64,000 bases of DNA from an uncultured Alphaproteobacteria bacterium (GTDB taxonomy: Bacteria > Pseudomonadota > Alphaproteobacteria > JAPOUT01 > G958296285), in NCBI GenBank assembly GCA_958296285.1, contig OY282459.1, forward strand, positions 1,208,336 to 1,272,335, in the 5' to 3' direction. The notes below the pieces were generated by a model. The model searched no databases, was not told the DNA's origin, and saw only the letters and a list, made by a program, of their open reading frames with translations. A program made the position numbers and the translations under genes. Below, piece by piece: positions 36,859 through 46,009 of the stretch (positions are counted from its first letter, which is position 1; every line of letters begins with the position of its first letter).

Positions 36859-38061
36859 ATGGCTACAGGAATCAAAGATAAAGTCGCCATTCTCGGAATG
36901 GGCTGCTCCAAATTCGGCGAAAGATGGGACTCAAACCCCGAAGACCTCATGGTGGAAGCCTATCTGGAAGCCATGAAAGACGCCGCCATTGAACCGTCGC
37001 AAATAGACGCCGCCTGGTTCTCTCACCACATTGACGAAGTCGGAGTCGGAAAAGGCGGAACGCCTCTCTCTAACGCGCTCCGCCTGCCCAATATCGCCGT
37101 CACCCGCGTGGAAAATTTCTGCGCGTCAGGATCGGAATCCTTCCGCGGCGCGGTCTATGCGGTCGCGGCAGGCGCGGCGGACATCGCGCTCGCGCTCGGC
37201 GTGGAAAAACTCAAAGACACAGGCTACGGAGGACTCCCGACAAGCAATATGGGAACCTACTCCCCGCAAGTCGCCCCAAACGGATCCGCCCCCGGAAGTT
37301 TCGCGCAACTCGCCTCAGCCTATCGCGCGAAACATAAAGTCTCCAAAGACGACCTCAAACGCGCCATCGCGCATGTCTCCGTCAAGAGCCACGCCAATGG
37401 CGCGAAAAATCCGAAAGCGCATCTTAGACGCGAAGTCTCAGAAGAGCAGGTCATGAACGCGCCGATGATCGCCGAGCCGCTCGGACTCTTTGACTGCTGC
37501 GGCGTTTCAGACGGCGCGGCGGCGGCGATTGTCACAACCCCGGAGATCGCAAAATCCATGGGGAAAGAGAACATCATCACCGTCAAGGCGCTCCAGCTCT
37601 CGCTCTCCAACGGGCTGGAAAGCCAGCACAATAGCTGGGACGGCTCTTATTTCCACACGGCGAGAATCGCCGCCAAGAAAGCCTATAACGAGGCAGGCAT
37701 CACCAAGCCGCGCGAGGAAATCAGCATGATGGAAGTCCATGATTGCTTCTCCATCACGGAAATGGTCACGATGGAGGATCTTTTCATCTCGCCGGAAGGC
37801 GGCGCGGTCAAGGACGTCATGGATGGCTTTTACGATTCGGACGGCAAAGTGCCGTGCCAAATTGACGGCGGTCTGAAATGTTTTGGACACCCGATTGGCG
37901 CGAGCGGATTGCGCATGCTTTATGAGATGTATCTTCAGCTGCAGGGACGGGCTGGAGATCGTCAGTTGGAGAACCCGAAGATTGGTCTGACGCATAATTT
38001 GGGCGGCGCGCCATCGCAGAATGTTTGCTCGGTGGCGATTGTCGGCTCTTCTGATGTCTGA
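36859..38061 (+). CDS. Thiolase-like protein (SCP-x / nonspecific lipid-transfer type)
   Basis: Begins MATGIKDKVAILGMGCSKFGE, has the nucleophile motif ENFCASGS and HPIGASG near the C-terminus. RBS GAGGGAG lies upstream. The track ORF start at 36622 is too early. Confidence 0.85.
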   Translation: MATGIKDKVAILGMGCSKFGERWDSNPEDLMVEAYLEAMKDAAIEPSQIDAAWFSHHIDEVGVGKGGTPLSNALRLPNIAVTRVENFCASGSESFRGAVYAVAAGAADIALALGVEKLKDTGYGGLPTSNMGTYSPQVAPNGSAPGSFAQLASAYRAKHKVSKDDLKRAIAHVSVKSHANGAKNPKAHLRREVSEEQVMNAPMIAEPLGLFDCCGVSDGAAAAIVTTPEIAKSMGKENIITVKALQLSLSNGLESQHNSWDGSYFHTARIAAKKAYNEAGITKPREEISMMEVHDCFSITEMVTMEDLFISPEGGAVKDVMDGFYDSDGKVPCQIDGGLKCFGHPIGASGLRMLYEMYLQLQGRAGDRQLENPKIGLTHNLGGAPSQNVCSVAIVGSSDV

Positions 38062-39013
38062 CGCCGCTTTCGGCGCCGTTGAGGGAAACAGCCAGAGCGC
38101 CGCCTTTAAGGCGCAGGGGCGCATCGCGGCGCTCGTCCGCCAGAGGGCGGAGGCGAAGGCTTGGAGCGAAGCCGCCTCTGAGAAGGAGGGAATCGCCTTC
38201 ACGCCCTTGTCGCCGGCGATTGGCGCGGAGGTGTCGGGCGTTCATCTCTCAGAGCCGTTGGACGAGGCTCGCAAGGCGGTTCTTTATGATGGTCTTTTGG
38301 AGCATAAGGTTCTTTTTTTCCGCGATCAGGACATCACGACCGATCAGCATATCGCCTTCGCTAGGCGTTTTGGGACTTTGGAGAAGCATCCTTTCGCGGC
38401 TGTGAAGGAGGGTTATCCTGAGGTCATTCCGATCACGCATGACGCGGAGAATCCGGGGCGCGAGAATGCGTGGCATAGTGATGTCACGTGGCGGAAGGAG
38501 CCGTCTTTGGGGTCTATTTTGCGTTTGTTGGAGGTGCCGGAGACTGGAGGCGACACGCTTTTCGCTGACATGTATGCGGCGTATGATGGTCTTTCTGACG
38601 AGGTGAAGGAGAAGATTGAGGGTCGCGTGGCGATTCATGATTTCGCGGTATTTCGGGAGCGTTTGAAGAAGCGGGGCGCGTCTGAGGCTGAGATTGAGGC
38701 GTTTAACAGGGAGTATCCGAGGGTGGAGCATCCGATTGTTCGGACGCATCCTGATACGGGTCGGCGGGGGTTGTATGTGAATGTTGCGTTCACGGAGGCG
38801 ATTAGGGACATGGATGATTTGGAGGCTCAGCCTTTGTTGCGGCATTTATATGGGCAGGCGGCGATTCCGGAGTATCAGTGTCGGTTTCGGTGGCGGAGGA
38901 ATTCGGTAGCGTTTTGGGACAATCGTTGCACGCAGCATTATGCGGCGGCGGATTATTGGCCTCGTCGGCGTGTTGCGGAGCGGGTGACGATTGAGGGGGA
39001 TGCGCCTTACTGA
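38054..39013 (+). CDS. TauD/TfdA-family Fe(II)/2-oxoglutarate dioxygenase
   Basis: WHSDVTW (HxD) and ETGGDTLFADM motifs. The start MSDAAF overlaps the thiolase stop. Confidence 0.8.
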   Translation: MSDAAFGAVEGNSQSAAFKAQGRIAALVRQRAEAKAWSEAASEKEGIAFTPLSPAIGAEVSGVHLSEPLDEARKAVLYDGLLEHKVLFFRDQDITTDQHIAFARRFGTLEKHPFAAVKEGYPEVIPITHDAENPGRENAWHSDVTWRKEPSLGSILRLLEVPETGGDTLFADMYAAYDGLSDEVKEKIEGRVAIHDFAVFRERLKKRGASEAEIEAFNREYPRVEHPIVRTHPDTGRRGLYVNVAFTEAIRDMDDLEAQPLLRHLYGQAAIPEYQCRFRWRRNSVAFWDNRCTQHYAAADYWPRRRVAERVTIEGDAPY

Positions 39014-39017
39014 CATG

Positions 39018-39182
39018 CTCCTGTGAAGGGGGGGTTGGGGGGCTAGCCCCCCAAGAAAAGGGGGTTCGGGGGAAACCCCCGAAAAGTCGGCGGGCGTGGC
39101 GAAACGAAGTCCACAAGCCCGAAGGGCGCAGTGAAACGAAGCGGGCGAAGCCGAAGGCAAGCCCGCGAGAAAGCCCGCCGAC
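39018..39182. repeat. Palindromic repeat family, locus R8 (left arm, no centre)
   Basis: CTCCTGTGAAGGGGGGTTGGGGGGCTAGCCCCCC, GGGGGAAACCCCC, and the GTCGGCGGGC...GCCCGCCGAC hairpin with an enlarged loop. Confidence 0.85.
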
Positions 39183-39532
39183 CTTCCCTTATCCTATCTA
39201 AATAGGAGCGCTAACAAGGGGGACTTCTGCGATGAGATTTAACCTTGACTGGCTTTGGACCAGGCTTATTGCCCTTCCGCACAACGCGAGATACGGGCTT
39301 TTTGGGAGGGCATTTACTGCTTTTCTTTGCCATAATAATTGTCTCCTGTGAGGTTAGTTGTGGCGAGAGCGCCATGATCGTCTATATATGGGGTGGAACC
39401 CCCAGATTTTCAATGACTATTAAACAAAATAAACAAAAATTCTCATTGCCTCGTAGAGGCGAGCGCACAAGAAGACCACCGCCATCGCCCTGCATCGCGT
39501 GAATTCATGCTTTTCTGTCGATTTTTCGTATA

Positions 39533-40906
39533 ATGGACGCTATGGGAAAGGATAAGAAAAACGCCGCGATAAAATGGAAGGCTTGCGCCGCCATCTTTTC
39601 TCTATGCGCGGGGATGTTATTTCATGCCGTGCCTCCTGCTTCAGCCGACTCTTGCAAGGCGGCAACTGTTCGTGGGGACTATGAAACCGCCTATCGTTTA
39701 TGCCTGCCTCTTGCCGAGAACGGAGACGCATTGGCGCAGGGCCTTCTCGGCTGGATGTATGAGAATGGCGAGGGCGTTCGGAAGGATTATCAGAGGGCCG
39801 CGCGCTGGTATCGCAAAGCCGCCGATCAGGGAAACGCATCGGTACAGGTCAAACTCGGCTTGATGTATGACGAGGGCAAGGGCGTTCCGAAAGATTATCA
39901 GGAAGCCGCATACTGGTATCGCAAAGCCGCCGATCAGGGCGAGGCACGGGCACAATTCAATCTCGGCATTATGTATCTTAAAGGCGATGGCGTTCCGAAG
40001 GATTATCAGCAAGCCCTGCGCTGGTTTCGCAAAGCCGCCGATCAGGGCGAGGCACGGGCGCAGTACAATCTCGGCGTGATGTATGACTTCGGCAAAGGCG
40101 TTCCGAAGGATTATCAGGAAGCTTACAAGTGGTATAGTTTGGCGGGGGCAAAAGGGCATAAGAGCGCTCGTCATAATCTTAACCTGTTAGAGCGATCCAT
40201 AACGGGGGGGCAGATTGCCGAAGGTCAGAGATTGGCGCGGAACTGGAAGCCTGGCGCAAGCTCCGATGCGGAAAAGTCTCCTGGCAAGAGGCCTCCCTCC
40301 GGCAACGGATCCGGATTTCTTGTCAGCGATAAAGGTCATATTCTCACGAATGAGCATGTCGTCTCCGATTGTCGTTCTTTTCGTGTTTCGCCCCCTGGCG
40401 ATCCCGCCATTTTGCGCGGGCGCGATAAAGCCAACGATTTGGCGTTGTTGCAAGTGCCTCCGCATAAATCCATGCGCCCCGTTTCCTTTCAGGAGCGATC
40501 GGCGCAGCTCGGCAGCGATGTTCTCGCCGTGGGCTACCCTTTGCGCGGAAAGGCAGGACGCGGCTTGAATATCACAAAAGGCACAATAAGCGCTCTTTCG
40601 GATGGCGATGGCGACTCGCGCCTTCTCCAATTCACAGCCCCCGTTCAGCCCGGCAATAGCGGCGGGCCTTTGCTGGACGAGTCGGGACTAGTCGTTGGCG
40701 TCATTGTGAGCCGATTGGAGGAAACGGCGGGCGGGCGTCCTGTGCAGAATGTTAACTTCGCTATCCGCGCTAAAGTGGCGCGCGCATTTCTAGACAGCAA
40801 CTCTGTCCTCTATGAAAGCGGAAAAGGCGGTTGGCTGTCGCCAAAAGCAGAGACGGTCGCCGAGAATGCCCGCGCCCATACCGTCATGGTGGAGTGCTAT
40901 CAATAA
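39533..40906 (+). CDS. Secreted Sel1-repeat / trypsin-like (S1, DegP-type core) serine protease fusion
   Basis: The N-terminal half has Sel1 units, paralogous to 31515..32111. The C-terminal half has GSGFLVSDKGHILTNEHVV (His), NDLALLQV (Asp) and GNSGGPLLD (Ser). Confidence 0.8.
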   Translation: MDAMGKDKKNAAIKWKACAAIFSLCAGMLFHAVPPASADSCKAATVRGDYETAYRLCLPLAENGDALAQGLLGWMYENGEGVRKDYQRAARWYRKAADQGNASVQVKLGLMYDEGKGVPKDYQEAAYWYRKAADQGEARAQFNLGIMYLKGDGVPKDYQQALRWFRKAADQGEARAQYNLGVMYDFGKGVPKDYQEAYKWYSLAGAKGHKSARHNLNLLERSITGGQIAEGQRLARNWKPGASSDAEKSPGKRPPSGNGSGFLVSDKGHILTNEHVVSDCRSFRVSPPGDPAILRGRDKANDLALLQVPPHKSMRPVSFQERSAQLGSDVLAVGYPLRGKAGRGLNITKGTISALSDGDGDSRLLQFTAPVQPGNSGGPLLDESGLVVGVIVSRLEETAGGRPVQNVNFAIRAKVARAFLDSNSVLYESGKGGWLSPKAETVAENARAHTVMVECYQ

Positions 40907-40921
40907 GCCACTCGCTCGCAT

Positions 40922-41060
40922 GAGCTCTTGCGATGCAGGGGGGTCGGCGGGCTTCTCGCCTCGCTACGCTCGGCTTCGTTGCGCCACGCCCGCCGACCTT
41001 TCGGGGGGATTCCCCCCGACCCCCCCTTTCTCAAGGGGGGCAAGCCCCCCTTGACCCCCC
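40922..41060. repeat. Palindromic repeat family, locus R9 (right arm)
   Basis: GAGCTCTTGCGATGCAGGGGGG, the long hairpin, GGGGGGATTCCCCCC, GGGGGGCAAGCCCCCC. Confidence 0.9.
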
Positions 41061-41419
41061 TATTTTTGGTGCTTCCCATAGCGAGGCTGATCCACAGCAA
41101 CCTTATCCAAAACAGTCTCCCAAAGATGATCCTTAAGCGTCTCAAGAGAAATCTCGCCAGCCTCAATTTTCTTGCAAAGACGGCGATTCGCCTCCTCCAG
41201 CGACAGCCCATCCTCTAACCCCAAAAGGCGTTGAAGACGCGCCTTCTCCCTCTCCCGCGCCGCCTCGCCCGAAACAATCTCGCGCATGACAATCTCTAAA
41301 ACATTGACGGCAACCAGCGCATGAAAACGACTCTGATCCTTAAGATCAGGTATCAATTTCTCTTTGATGAAATCACGCGCCGCTCTAAGAAGCGCTTCGG
41401 AAGAAGGCGGATCAAACAT
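41060..41419 (-). CDS. Small helical hypothetical protein partnered with the upstream phosphotransferase
   Basis: 119 aa. It overlaps the stop of 41412..42398. I recall similar small proteins (DUF6285-like) downstream of APH-type kinases, but this is unverified. Confidence 0.5.
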   Translation of the reverse strand: MFDPPSSEALLRAARDFIKEKLIPDLKDQSRFHALVAVNVLEIVMREIVSGEAAREREKARLQRLLGLEDGLSLEEANRRLCKKIEAGEISLETLKDHLWETVLDKVAVDQPRYGKHQK

Positions 41420-42398
41420 CGCCGCCGCCCCCGCGCGGCGCGAGCAGATTCAGAAGATTGATCTCCGTCTCCGAAACGCGCCTGCCAATCGCCGCCTGCT
41501 CCAAAGCGCCAGACTCGTTGAACGCCGCCATCATCGCGCAAATGACGCCCCATTTCAACGTTCCCAAAAGACGCCAAAAATCAAGACGCTTCCGATCCAC
41601 CATCTCACCGCGCGCGCGCTCATAAGAAGCAATCAGAGAAGGCAGATCGCCAAAGCCTCCCACAATTTTCTCCATCACGCCAAAACGCCAAGACGCGCCG
41701 CAGAGCCAGCCCAAATCCTCCAACGGATCGCCGAAATGCGCGAGCTCCCAATCCAAAACAGCGCGAATCCCCTCCTCGCCGACAATGAAATTCCCATTGC
41801 GGAAATCTCCATGCACGAGACGCGGCGGCGTCTCTTCGGGCATATTCTCCTCAAGCCATCGGAAAGCGAGCGCCATGACAGGGCGCGGATGCCCGATCGC
41901 GTCATGAATCTCCCGATATTTGCGCGCCTCCTCGCGCGCGCCGGAGACAGGCAGAGGCGGCATATTTTCAGGCGTCAGCTGATGGATCTTGGCAAGAATC
42001 TCGGCGCATTGTCCTGTCATCTCGCGCCGCGCGCGCCGATATCGCGGATCGCGCAAGATTTTCCGCGCGATCGTCTCGCCTTCAATCCGCGCCATGATGA
42101 AGCCCGAACCCTGCTCCGAAGATTGAAGCCGATGACGCAATGTCGGAACGGGAATCGCGGTATCAGAGAGCGCTTCAAGAAGGACGGCTTCCTCGTCCAG
42201 CGAAAGAGACGCGCCGCTCCCGGCATGAGAGGCGCGGCGAAGGATCAAGCGCTCGCGCTTGCCGTTTTGGCAGGCGTCAAAAGCGACGGTCTCCTTGCTC
42301 GCGCCCCCGGAAAGACGGCGCAGATTCGCCACTGTCGCTCCCTTCATTTCCTCCTCCAGCAGGAGGCGGAGGGAATCGGAATCGCTGTCCTGCCCCAT
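41412..42398 (-). CDS. Aminoglycoside-phosphotransferase-fold (APH/ChoK family) kinase
   Basis: VHGDFRNGNFIV catalytic loop and the DWELAHFGDPLEDL motif. The long + strand ORF 41364..42422 is its antisense shadow. Confidence 0.8.
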   Translation of the reverse strand: MGQDSDSDSLRLLLEEEMKGATVANLRRLSGGASKETVAFDACQNGKRERLILRRASHAGSGASLSLDEEAVLLEALSDTAIPVPTLRHRLQSSEQGSGFIMARIEGETIARKILRDPRYRRARREMTGQCAEILAKIHQLTPENMPPLPVSGAREEARKYREIHDAIGHPRPVMALAFRWLEENMPEETPPRLVHGDFRNGNFIVGEEGIRAVLDWELAHFGDPLEDLGWLCGASWRFGVMEKIVGGFGDLPSLIASYERARGEMVDRKRLDFWRLLGTLKWGVICAMMAAFNESGALEQAAIGRRVSETEINLLNLLAPRGGGGDV

Positions 42399-42512
42399 CT
42401 CTTTACAGAGCCTTTCCTCTGACGGCGTTTTTTGTCATATAGTTGTCGTCCCAACCCTCTATGCGATTCGCATGATCCGAGAAGCCTCCGCGATAATAGA
42501 TAAAAGGTCTCC

Positions 42513-43247
42513 ATGAGGAAAGATGCCGCGAAGGGCGCGCGCGCCCCCAAATCCGAAACTGTTCTGGTGAGCAATCCGCGACAGGCTCGCTTCATTGAGG
42601 GTTTTTTGCGCCGTCTGCGCCGCTATTTTCTTACGGGGCTTGTCGTGGCGGCGCCTCTCGGCATCACGCTCTATCTGACGGTCTGGTTCATAGACTTCGC
42701 CGACGGGACGGTGCGCGTTTTTCTGCCGCCCGAATATCATCCCGAAAATCTGCTGCCGGTGGAAATCCCTGGTTTGGGTTTGATGCTCGCTGTCGGCGGG
42801 CTGATTTTGCTGGGCGCGCTCGTCACGAATTTTGTCGGCAGAGCCTTTATGAATTATGGCGAGCAGCTTTTGGGAAGAATGCCGATCGTCCGAACCCTTT
42901 ATGGCGGCCTCAAGCAGATTTTTGAGACGGCGCTCTCCGGCGACAACCACACTTTTCGGCAGGCGGCGCTGCTGGAATATCCGCGCAAGGGGATTCACGC
43001 GCTCGTTTTCGTGACGATGAACTCGCAGGGCGAAGTCGCGCGAAAATTGCGCGGCGGCAAGGAGGTGATCGGCGTTTTTCTGCCGACAACGCCCAATCCG
43101 ACCTCCGGCTTCCTGCTCTTCGTTCCGGAAGAGGAACTCATTTTGCTGGATATGGATATTGAAGATGCCGCGAAAATGATCGTCTCGGCGGGGATTTTGG
43201 AGCCGCCAATCTCCAAGCCTCGTATTTTGGAAAAAAGGCTAGCCTGA
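42513..43247 (+). CDS. DUF502-like membrane protein
   Basis: RRYFLTGLVVAAPLGITLYL...GRMPIVRTLY...PTTPNPTSGF pattern, 244 aa. Confidence 0.7.
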   Translation: MRKDAAKGARAPKSETVLVSNPRQARFIEGFLRRLRRYFLTGLVVAAPLGITLYLTVWFIDFADGTVRVFLPPEYHPENLLPVEIPGLGLMLAVGGLILLGALVTNFVGRAFMNYGEQLLGRMPIVRTLYGGLKQIFETALSGDNHTFRQAALLEYPRKGIHALVFVTMNSQGEVARKLRGGKEVIGVFLPTTPNPTSGFLLFVPEEELILLDMDIEDAAKMIVSAGILEPPISKPRILEKRLA

Positions 43248-43252
43248 ACAGG

Positions 43253-45358
43253 CTAGCCTGAGCGGAGGGTTCGCGCGGCTTCGTCTCGTCCGAAAAGATA
43301 GAGCAGAAGACGCAGCGCTTCGCCGCGCTCGGATTTTAGTTGCGGATCCTCTTGGAGAATGCGAGCCGCCTCGTCATGCGCCCGCGCGAAGAGATCGCTT
43401 TGGGCGGCTGGGTCTCCGAGCAGAAAACTGACCGCGCCGCTCTGCTTCGTTCCGAGAATCTCGCCGCCGCCCCTGAGGCGCAAATCCTCTTCGGCGATGC
43501 GGAATCCGTCTTCGGTCTCGCGCATGATGTCCAAACGCGCCCGCGCCGTTTCGCCGAGCGGCGCGCGGTAAAGCAGAAGGCACGCCGAATCCTTCTCGCC
43601 CCGCCCGACCCGCCCCCGCATCTGATGCAGCTGCGCCAAGCCGAAGCGCTGCGCGTCCTCTATGACCATCACGGTCGCTTCCGCGACATCCACGCCGACC
43701 TCTATGACGCTTGTCGCGACAAGGAGCTGGATTTTTCCCTGCTGAAAAGCGGTGAGCGTTCGGTCTTTTTCGTCTCCCGCCATGCGTCCATGCACGAGAC
43801 CCGCGCCGCAATCCAAGATCGCCGACAAATGCCGATGCCGATCGCTGGCGGCGGTGAGGGCAAGCGCCGCATCCGCGCCTTCCTCGCCCTCCTCCCCGAC
43901 AAGAGGGCATATCCAATAGACGCGCCGCCCTTGGCTCGCGGCGCGGCGGACGGCTTCCACGACATCGTCCAAACGCTCTAGCGGAAGCGCCCGAGTCGCG
44001 ACAGGACGCCGCCCCGGCGGCTTCTCGCGCAGCGCCGACATATCCATATCGCCATAATGGGCGAGCGCCAAGGTTCGCGGGATCGGGGTCGCCGTCATGA
44101 CGAGCATATCCACGCTTTTGCGCCCTTTGCCGGAGAGCGTCAGCCTCTGATGGACGCCGAAGCGATGCTGCTCGTCAATGACGCAGAGACCCAAATCGCG
44201 GAACGCGACATGTTTTTGGAAAAGACTATGGGTGCCGGCGACAAGCCGCGCCATGCCGGTCTGAATGTCGGTCAGGACGCGGCGCTTCTCCGCCGCCGAT
44301 TGTCGCGCCGTCAGGAGCGTGAGAGGCGCGCCGATCTTTTGGCAGAGCGGCAGAAGCGTCTTAAAATGCTGACGCGCGAGGATTTCGGTCGGCGCCATAA
44401 TCGCCGCCTGCGCTCCGGCTTCCACGGCGTTGAGCATCGCCAAAAAGGCGACGATTGTCTTGCCGCTTCCGACATCCCCTTGCAGAAGACGAAGCATCCG
44501 CATTGGCTGTCCCATATCGCCGTCTATTTCGGCGATCGCCGCCTCTTGCGCTGATGTCAGCGCGAAGGGGAGGGCGCTCATCGCTTTCTCCCGAAGCGCC
44601 GCCGCTTTCGGGAAAATCCGCCCCGGCAGACGGCGCATCCATTGCCGCGTCAGGATAAGCGCGAGCTGGCTCGCCAAATACTCATCATAGGCGAGGCGCT
44701 CGCGCGCCGGCGAGGAGGGCGACAAATCCTCTTCATCTTGAGGCTCATGCGCTTTCAAGACGGCCTCTTTCCATGGCGGCCATTTCTTTTCGCTCATCCA
44801 ATCCGCCGAGAGCCATTCGGGAAGATCGGGCAGGGATTTCAGCGCTCCCCGCGCGATCTTCGCATAGTGCCGAGAGGTGATCCCTGCCGTCACGCGATAG
44901 ACGGGCTCAAAGGCGGGCATTTCGTCATATTCTTGGCGGGTTAGAATATAGTCGGGATGCGCCATTTGTCGGCGTTCTTGGTAGGCTTGAATTGTTCCTG
45001 ATATGAAGCGCGTTTTGCCTGGCGGCAGGACGCGGCGCAGATAATCGGCATGGGCGCGGAAGAAGACGAGTTCCATTTCGCCGGTTTCGTCATGGCATGA
45101 GACGCGATAGGGTTGGCGTCCGAAGGGGCGGGGGGTTTTATGCGCGCCGACTTCCACTTCCAGCGTGGCGAGGGTGCCGGGCTCGGCGTCCGCGATTTTC
45201 ACGCGCCGCGATCGGTTGATGAATCCTGTTGGCAGGCGCCAGCATAGTGAGATCAGGGTTTCGCCTGCCAGTTCGGCGATAATTTTTTTCGCGCGGGGGC
45301 CGATGCCGGGGAGGCTTTGGGTTGGGGTATAGAGTGGGAAGAGGATTTGGGGGCGCAT
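43253..45358 (-). CDS. recG: ATP-dependent DNA helicase RecG
   Basis: GDVGSGKT, DEQHRFG and TATPIPRT motifs. The preferred start is MRPQILF at 45358; the track ORF runs on into repeat R10 (to 45541). Confidence 0.9.
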   Translation of the reverse strand: MRPQILFPLYTPTQSLPGIGPRAKKIIAELAGETLISLCWRLPTGFINRSRRVKIADAEPGTLATLEVEVGAHKTPRPFGRQPYRVSCHDETGEMELVFFRAHADYLRRVLPPGKTRFISGTIQAYQERRQMAHPDYILTRQEYDEMPAFEPVYRVTAGITSRHYAKIARGALKSLPDLPEWLSADWMSEKKWPPWKEAVLKAHEPQDEEDLSPSSPARERLAYDEYLASQLALILTRQWMRRLPGRIFPKAAALREKAMSALPFALTSAQEAAIAEIDGDMGQPMRMLRLLQGDVGSGKTIVAFLAMLNAVEAGAQAAIMAPTEILARQHFKTLLPLCQKIGAPLTLLTARQSAAEKRRVLTDIQTGMARLVAGTHSLFQKHVAFRDLGLCVIDEQHRFGVHQRLTLSGKGRKSVDMLVMTATPIPRTLALAHYGDMDMSALREKPPGRRPVATRALPLERLDDVVEAVRRAASQGRRVYWICPLVGEEGEEGADAALALTAASDRHRHLSAILDCGAGLVHGRMAGDEKDRTLTAFQQGKIQLLVATSVIEVGVDVAEATVMVIEDAQRFGLAQLHQMRGRVGRGEKDSACLLLYRAPLGETARARLDIMRETEDGFRIAEEDLRLRGGGEILGTKQSGAVSFLLGDPAAQSDLFARAHDEAARILQEDPQLKSERGEALRLLLYLFGRDEAARTLRSG

Positions 45359-45390
45359 GGTGTTATCATAGTGCATAGGAGCTTGAAGGT

Positions 45391-45694
45391 GCAGGGGGGT
45401 GTGGGGGGCTAGCCCCCCGCGAAAAGGGGGTTCGGGGGAAACCCCCGAAAAGCGCGTGGGTGGGGTGGGGAAAAAAGCATTTGCGAGCAAACGCAGTGCA
45501 GCGAGCAAATGCGACCCCACCCACGCGCCCCCTGCTCGCAAGAGTTTTTGCGATGCAGGGGGGTCGGCGGGCTTTCTCGCGCACTTGCGCTACGCGCTTC
45601 GTGCGCTTCGTTTCGCCACGCCCGCCGACTATTCGGGGGGATTCCCCCCGACCCCCCCTTTTTCGCGGGGGGTCTCCGACCCCCCACACCCCCC
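45391..45694. repeat. Palindromic repeat family, locus R10 (complete element, both arms)
   Basis: Left arm with a W-type core hairpin (GCGTGGGTGGGGT...), the centre CTGCTCGCAAGAGTTTTTGCGATGCAG, and a right arm with a G-type core hairpin (GTCGGCGGGC...). Confidence 0.9.
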
Positions 45695-45724
45695 TCTTTT
45701 GGAGCTTCAATGGTAAAATGCACC

Positions 45725-46009
45725 ATGGAACCTCTCCGAAAACGCCTCCGCTACAGAGCAGCCCGCCGCGGAACAAAAGAAATGGACCTGATCCTCAACA
45801 ACTTCGCCAACAAAAACCTCGCCAACATGAACCCAACCCAACTCCGCGCCTTTGACGACCTCCTCGCAATCGCCGACCCAGATTTGGAAAACTATCTCAA
45901 AAAAAACCTCCTCCCCCCTTCCATAAAAACAGAGAACCACGCCCTCAAAACAATGCTCCAATCGCTCAAGAAAGATTATCTGTCAGGAGACTTCGCCAAA
46001 AATGTCTGA
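45725..46009 (+). CDS. sdhE: FAD assembly factor SdhE (DUF339)
   Basis: LRYRAARRGTKEMDLIL contains the RGxxE motif. The recG / sdhE-mfd neighbourhood supports it. An alternative start lies at 45710. Confidence 0.75.
   Translation: MEPLRKRLRYRAARRGTKEMDLILNNFANKNLANMNPTQLRAFDDLLAIADPDLENYLKKNLLPPSIKTENHALKTMLQSLKKDYLSGDFAKNV

Noticed and set aside
39528-39533. A perfect TATAAT box as the promoter of the Sel1-protease gene.
   Set aside because: It overlaps the annotated ATG, and no convincing -35 element lies 17 bp upstream. It cannot be supported without transcript data.
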